Virus genome (UHGV): UHGV-0369446
Source of the DNA: a virus
Strand: one strand, 5' to 3'
Length of the DNA: 19,970 nt
Position numbers and translations under genes: made by a program. A model generated the notes under the pieces. The model made no database searches, was not told where the DNA came from, and was given only the letters and a program-made list of their open reading frames with translations. This document shows positions 15,903-19,970 of the stretch, in pieces (position 1 is the stretch's first letter; the number at the start of each line of letters is the position of its first letter).

Positions 15903-16199
15903 ATGAACGCTTATTACATTCAGGATCGTCTTGAGGCTCAGAGCTGGGCGCGTCACTACCAGCAGATCGCCCGTGAAGAGAAAGAGGCAGAACTGGCAGA
16001 CGACATGGAAAAAGGCCTGCCCCAGCACCTGTTTGAATCGCTATGCATCGATCATTTACAACGCCACGGGGCCAGCAAAAAAGCCATTACCCGTGCGTTT
16101 GATGACGATGTTGAGTTTCAGGAGCGCATGGCAGAACACATCCGGTACATAGTTGAAACCATTGCTCACCATCAGGCTGATATTGATTCAGAGGTATAA
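15903..16199 (+). CDS. gam: Gam (RecBCD inhibitor), short GamS form
   Basis: 98-aa [63 protein letters not shown]..., matching lambda GamS from memory. Confidence 0.92.
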   Translation: MNAYYIQDRLEAQSWARHYQQIAREEKEAELADDMEKGLPQHLFESLCIDHLQRHGASKKAITRAFDDDVEFQERMAEHIRYIVETIAHHQADIDSEV

Positions 16200-16204
16200 A
16201 ACGG

Positions 16205-16990
16205 ATGAGTACAGCACTCGCAACGCTGGCAGGGAAGCTGGCTGAACGTGTCGGCATGGATTCTGTCGACCCACAGGAACTGATCACCACTCTTCGCCAG
16301 ACGGCATTTAAAGGTGATGCCAGCGATGCGCAGTTCATCGCATTGTTGATCGTCGCCAACCAGTACGGCCTTAATCCGTGGACGAAAGAAATTTACGCCT
16401 TCCCTGATAAGCAGAACGGCATTGTTCCGGTGGTGGGCGTTGATGGCTGGTCCCGCATCATCAATGAAAACCAGCAGTTTGATGGTATGGACTTTGAGCA
16501 GGACAATGAATCATGTACATGCCGGATTTACCGCAAAGACCGCAATCATCCGATCTGCGTTACCGAGTGGATGGATGAATGCCGCCGCGAACCATTCAAA
16601 ACCCGCGAAGGCAGAGAAATCACGGGGCCGTGGCAGTCGCATCCCAAACGGATGTTACGGCATAAAGCCATGATTCAGTGTGCCCGTCTGGCCTTCGGAT
16701 TTGCTGGTATCTATGACAAGGATGAAGCCGAGCGCATTGTCGAAAATACCGCATACACTGCAGAACGTCAGCCGGAACGCGACATCACTCCGGTTAACGA
16801 TGAAACCATGCAGGAGATTAACACTCTGCTGATTGCCCTGGACAAAACATGGGATGACGACTTATTGCCGCTCTGTTCCCAGATATTTCGCCGCGACATT
16901 CGCGCATCGTCAGAACTGACACAGGCCGAAGCAGTGAAAGCTCTTGGATTCCTGAAACAGAAAGCCACTGAGCAGAAGGTGGCAGCATGA
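16205..16990 (+). CDS. bet: Bet (Red-beta single-strand annealing protein)
   Basis: 261-aa [62 protein letters not shown]..., matching lambda Bet from memory. Confidence 0.95.
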   Translation: MSTALATLAGKLAERVGMDSVDPQELITTLRQTAFKGDASDAQFIALLIVANQYGLNPWTKEIYAFPDKQNGIVPVVGVDGWSRIINENQQFDGMDFEQDNESCTCRIYRKDRNHPICVTEWMDECRREPFKTREGREITGPWQSHPKRMLRHKAMIQCARLAFGFAGIYDKDEAERIVENTAYTAERQPERDITPVNDETMQEINTLLIALDKTWDDDLLPLCSQIFRRDIRASSELTQAEAVKALGFLKQKATEQKVAA

Positions 16991-17667
16991 CACCGGACAT
17001 TATCCTGCAGCGTACCGGGATCGACGTGAGAGCTGTCGAACAGGGGGATGATGCATGGCACAAATTACGGCTCGGCGTCATCACCGCTTCAGAAGTTCAC
17101 AACGTGATAGCAAAGCCCCGCTCAGGAAAGAAGTGGCCTGACATGAAAATGTCCTACTTCCACACCCTGCTGGCTGAGGTTTGCACCGGTGTGGCTCCGG
17201 AAGTTAATGCTAAGGCGCTGGCGTGGGGAAAACAGTACGAGAACGACGCCAGAACCCTGTTTGAATTCACTTCCGGCGTGAATGTTACTGAATCCCCGAT
17301 CATCTATCGCGACGAAAGTATGCGCACCGCCTGCTCTCCCGATGGTTTATGCAGTGACGGCAATGGCCTTGAGCTGAAATGCCCGTTTACCTCCCGGGAT
17401 TTCATGAAGTTCCGGCTCGGTGGTTTCGAGGCCATAAAGTCGGCTTACATGGCCCAGGTGCAGTACAGCATGTGGGTGACACGAAAAGATGCCTGGTACT
17501 TTGCCAACTATGACCCACGAATGAAGCGTGAAGGCCTGCATTATGTCGTGGTTGAGCGGGATGAAAAGTACATGGCGAGTTTTGACGAGATGGTGCCGGA
17601 GTTCATCGAAAAAATGGACGAAGCACTGGCTGAAATTGGTTTTGTATTTGGAGAGCAATGGCGATGA
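16987..17667 (+). CDS. exo: Exo (Red-alpha 5'-3' exonuclease)
   Basis: 226-aa [68 protein letters not shown]..., matching lambda Exo from memory. 4-nt overlap with the bet stop. Confidence 0.95.
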   Translation: MTPDIILQRTGIDVRAVEQGDDAWHKLRLGVITASEVHNVIAKPRSGKKWPDMKMSYFHTLLAEVCTGVAPEVNAKALAWGKQYENDARTLFEFTSGVNVTESPIIYRDESMRTACSPDGLCSDGNGLELKCPFTSRDFMKFRLGGFEAIKSAYMAQVQYSMWVTRKDAWYFANYDPRMKREGLHYVVVERDEKYMASFDEMVPEFIEKMDEALAEIGFVFGEQWR

Positions 17668-17846
17668 CCCATCCTCACGATAATATCCGGGTAGGCGCGA
17701 TCACTTTCGTCTACTCCGTTACAAAGCGAGGCTGGGTATTTCACGGTCTTTCTGTTATCCGAAATCCGCTGAAAGCCCAGCGGCTGGCTGAGGAGATAAA
17801 TAATAAACGGGGGGCGGTATGCACAAAGCATCTCCTGTTGAGTTAA
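17664..17846 (+). CDS. small hypothetical protein (about 60 aa), lambda orf60a-like position
   Basis: ORF whose ATG overlaps the exo stop (ATGA). An alternative start is 17658. No motif recognised. Confidence 0.45.
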   Translation: MTHPHDNIRVGAITFVYSVTKRGWVFHGLSVIRNPLKAQRLAEEINNKRGAVCTKHLLLS

Positions 17847-18010
17847 GAACGAGTATTGATTTGGCACATAGCCTTGCTCAAATTGGAGTCAGGTTTGTGC
17901 CAATACCAGCAGAAACAGACGAAGAATTTCATACGTTAGCCACATCCCTTTCACAAAAGCTGGAAATGATGGTGGCGAAAGCAGAAGCAGATGAGAGAGA
18001 CCAGGTATGA
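17819..18010 (+). CDS. small hypothetical protein (63 aa), lambda orf63-like position
   Basis: 63-aa ORF overlapping the 3' end of the previous small ORF. Same length and position as lambda orf63. Confidence 0.45.
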   Translation: MHKASPVELRTSIDLAHSLAQIGVRFVPIPAETDEEFHTLATSLSQKLEMMVAKAEADERDQV

Positions 18011-18318
18011 CAACCACTGAATGCATTTTTCTGGCAGCGGGCTTCATATTCTGTGTGCTTATGCTTGCCGACATGGGGCTTGTTCAGTGACACCTCAGCA
18101 AGAAAACGCCCTTCGCAGCATTGCCCGTCAGGCTAATTCTGAAATCAAAAAAGTCAGACAGCAGTTTCCAAAAACGTCAATGACATTTGCCGTAGCGTAC
18201 TGAAGAAGCACCGCGAAACGGTAACGCTGAAGGGATTCACACCGACTCATTTAAGCCTGGCAATCGGCATGTTAAACGGCGTCTTTAAGGAACGATGAAC
18301 ATGAAAAGCAAAATTATC

Positions 18319-18343
18319 AGGGAGCTACAGGCTCCTTTTTTAT
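18319..18343 (+). terminator. intrinsic terminator
   Basis: GGAGC-TACAG-GCTCC hairpin followed by TTTTTTATT. Confidence 0.6.
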
Positions 18344-18396
18344 TGTTCGCATTCACCCTCAAGCGTATTAACCAACAGTTCAGGGATTAATGAAAG

Positions 18397-18618
18397 ATGG
18401 CAGACATCATTGATTCAGCATCAGAAATAGAAGAATTACAGCGCAACACAGCAATAAAAATGCGCCGCCTGAACTACCTGGCTGTATCTGCCACTCATTG
18501 TTGTGAGTGTGGCGATCCGATAGATGAACGAAGACGCCTGGCCGTTCAGGGTTGTCGGACTTGCGCCAGTTGCCAGCAAGATCTGGAGCTTATCCGCAAA
18601 CAAAGGGGGATTAAGTGA
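18397..18618 (+). CDS. TraR/DksA-family C4 zinc-finger protein
   Basis: 73-aa ORF with the CxxC-(17)-CxxC arrangement (CCECGDPIDERRRLAVQGCRTCASC) typical of TraR/DksA-like proteins. Lambda carries a comparable orf73 in this region. Confidence 0.8.
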   Translation: MADIIDSASEIEELQRNTAIKMRRLNYLAVSATHCCECGDPIDERRRLAVQGCRTCASCQQDLELIRKQRGIK

Positions 18619-18902
18619 TGGCTAACCTGCAACTTGCTGTTAAAAGTGAATACTTCGATGCCATGATTCGCGGAGAGAAAACGGAAGAGTATCGCTTGTG
18701 TAATGACTACTGGAATAAGCGAATTATGTTCCGCGAGTATGACCGCCTGATTATCACAAAGGGATATCCGAAGCGCGACGATTCCAGCCGCAGAATTGAC
18801 GTCCCGTATGAAGGGTATGAAATCAAGACAATCACACATCCGCACTTCGGCGATAAACCGGTAAAGGTTTACGCGATAAAGGTAAATATCGGCAATAAAT
18901 AA
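18615..18902 (+). CDS. ASCH-like domain protein (95 aa)
   Basis: The N-terminal pattern LAVKSEYFDAMIRGEKTEEYRL resembles the ASCH / PUA-like fold signature (KxxYxxxIxxGxKTxExR). 4-nt overlap with the upstream gene. Assignment is from pattern memory only. Confidence 0.45.
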   Translation: MMANLQLAVKSEYFDAMIRGEKTEEYRLCNDYWNKRIMFREYDRLIITKGYPKRDDSSRRIDVPYEGYEIKTITHPHFGDKPVKVYAIKVNIGNK

Positions 18903-18906
18903 CAAT

Positions 18907-18932
18907 CCTCGCACTCGCGGGGATTTCTTTTA
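18907..18932 (+). terminator. putative intrinsic terminator after the ASCH-like gene
   Basis: CCTCGC-ACTC-GCGGGG hairpin (one G-U pair) followed by ATTTCTTTTAT. Confidence 0.4.
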
Positions 18933-18944
18933 TATGGGGATAAT

Positions 18945-19745
18945 ATGACCATCCACTTTCACGGCAGCCCAATATGGGGGGATGAGCATGCCCCTACAGA
19001 TATGCTGATTAAAGCCCTTTACCGTGATGGTGGGGCTTTTGTTTCATTTGCCAGACCAGAGCAGATGAAAAAGATTGCCATGTTCCCTTGTGATATACGC
19101 CTTGATAACGGCGCTTTTAGCGACTGGATGAAAGCATTAAAGAAAGGCACTCCGGTAGACTGGAGTAAGAGACGAGCAAAATTCTACGACTTTGTTGGGA
19201 AGTGGTTCAGCAGAATTGAATGGTTTCTTATACCTGACGTTATCGAAGGGACAGAGGCAGAAAACGACGAGCAGATTGAGTGTGTTCCTGATTGGCTAAA
19301 ATCAAAAGCGGTTCCTGTCTGGCATACCGACGAATCAATTGAACGTCTTTTACGCCTTTCTGGCAAATTTGAATGGGTGGCGATTGGATGCTGCGGCCCA
19401 CACAGGCACATACGCTCTAAATGGTGGGAACAGAGAATGGATGAAGTTTTCACTGAACTTTATATCAATCGTAATTTGAAAGTGAAAATTCATGGTCTTC
19501 GAATGCTCGACGTGAGAGTTCTTGGTATGTATCCGTTCGCCAGTGCGGATTCTACTAATGTTGCTGTTAACGTACCGAAGACAGAGAAGCGATTTCCTGA
19601 GATTACCGACAAACTGGCACGTACAGCTGTACTTCGCGCTGCTATTGAAAAGGTGCACCCGCCATCGATATCAGCATGGGTAGACAGAAAGATGAGAGAG
19701 CCGGCGCAAGCCGGTTTTTTATTTGAATTCACCGACGCCGCTTAA
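18945..19745 (+). CDS. hypothetical protein (266 aa), uncharacterised accessory gene
   Basis: Long ORF with a start 13 nt after the preceding terminator. Contains a Cys/His cluster (AIGCCGPHRH). Followed by terminator-like hairpins. No confident family assignment. Confidence 0.6.
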   Translation: MTIHFHGSPIWGDEHAPTDMLIKALYRDGGAFVSFARPEQMKKIAMFPCDIRLDNGAFSDWMKALKKGTPVDWSKRRAKFYDFVGKWFSRIEWFLIPDVIEGTEAENDEQIECVPDWLKSKAVPVWHTDESIERLLRLSGKFEWVAIGCCGPHRHIRSKWWEQRMDEVFTELYINRNLKVKIHGLRMLDVRVLGMYPFASADSTNVAVNVPKTEKRFPEITDKLARTAVLRAAIEKVHPPSISAWVDRKMREPAQAGFLFEFTDAA

Positions 19746-19764
19746 TGCGGATTTCTTTTATCTG

Positions 19765-19790
19765 AACTCGCTACGGCGAGTTTTGTTTTA
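19765..19790 (+). terminator. putative intrinsic terminator after the 266-aa gene
   Basis: AACTCGC-TACG-GCGAGTT 7-bp stem followed by TTGTTTTA. A smaller CCGC-TTAAT-GCGG hairpin with ATTTCTTTTAT lies just upstream at about 19736..19760. Confidence 0.45.
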
Positions 19791-19802
19791 TGGAGATGAT
19801 AA

Positions 19803-19970
19803 ATGCACTTCCAAGTCACAGGTGAATGGAATGGAGAGCCATTCAACAGGGTTATCGAAGCAGAGAACATCAACGACTGCTATAACCACTGGATGATATG
19901 GGCGCAGATAGCGCATGCAGACGTAACCAATATTCGAATTGAAGAACTGAAAGAACACCAATCCGCCTGA
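19803..19970 (+). CDS. small hypothetical protein (55 aa)
   Basis: Manual translation gives MHFQVTGEWNGEPFNRVIEAENINDCYNHWMIWAQIAHADVTNIRIEELKEHQSA, ending at the last base of the window. Below the ORF-track cutoff. Confidence 0.4.
   Translation: MHFQVTGEWNGEPFNRVIEAENINDCYNHWMIWAQIAHADVTNIRIEELKEHQSA

Noticed and set aside
16087-17061. Antisense ORFs within gam, bet and exo (16087..16359-, 16768..17061-, 16818..17084-)
   Set aside because: They lie opposite near-exact lambda Red genes; Ser/Arg/Cys-rich shadow translations.
1-19970. CRISPR arrays, insertion sequences, transposases, integrase or attachment sites
   Set aside because: No regularly spaced direct repeats, terminal inverted repeats with transposase ORFs, or integrase-like ORFs were found. 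The int/xis end of the prophage presumably lies beyond the right edge.

Overview
This window is a contiguous piece of a lambdoid temperate phage or prophage, lying in reverse orientation to the usual lambda map. Left to right: the start of a P22/Sf6-type portal gene and terminase large and small subunits (minus strand), a small orf and a KilA-N protein, the lambda-type lysis cassette (Rz/Rz1, R, S), the late control region (tR', pR'/qut), Q, a nin region (ninH, rusA, DUF1364, ninF, ninE, an adenine methyltransferase, ninB), ren, P, O with ori iterons, cII, cro, OR, and cI on the plus strand. Then come OL/pL, nutL, N, sieB, orf28, ral, ea10, cIII, kil, gam, bet, exo and several small early-left accessory genes. 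Many proteins match lambda proteins as I remember them, almost residue for residue (S, R, Q, P, O, Ren, NinB, Ral, CIII, Kil, Gam, Bet, Exo); no database search was possible. The most interesting feature is a translationally coupled, AT-rich two-gene operon (11900..13206) sitting exactly where lambda carries rexA-rexB, between cI and OL/pL. I recognise neither protein, and I propose it as a candidate lysogen-expressed phage-exclusion system. Secondary points: a chimeric immunity region, an orphan adenine methyltransferase in the nin region, terminator-flanked accessory genes right of exo, and a frame-disrupted long form of Gam.
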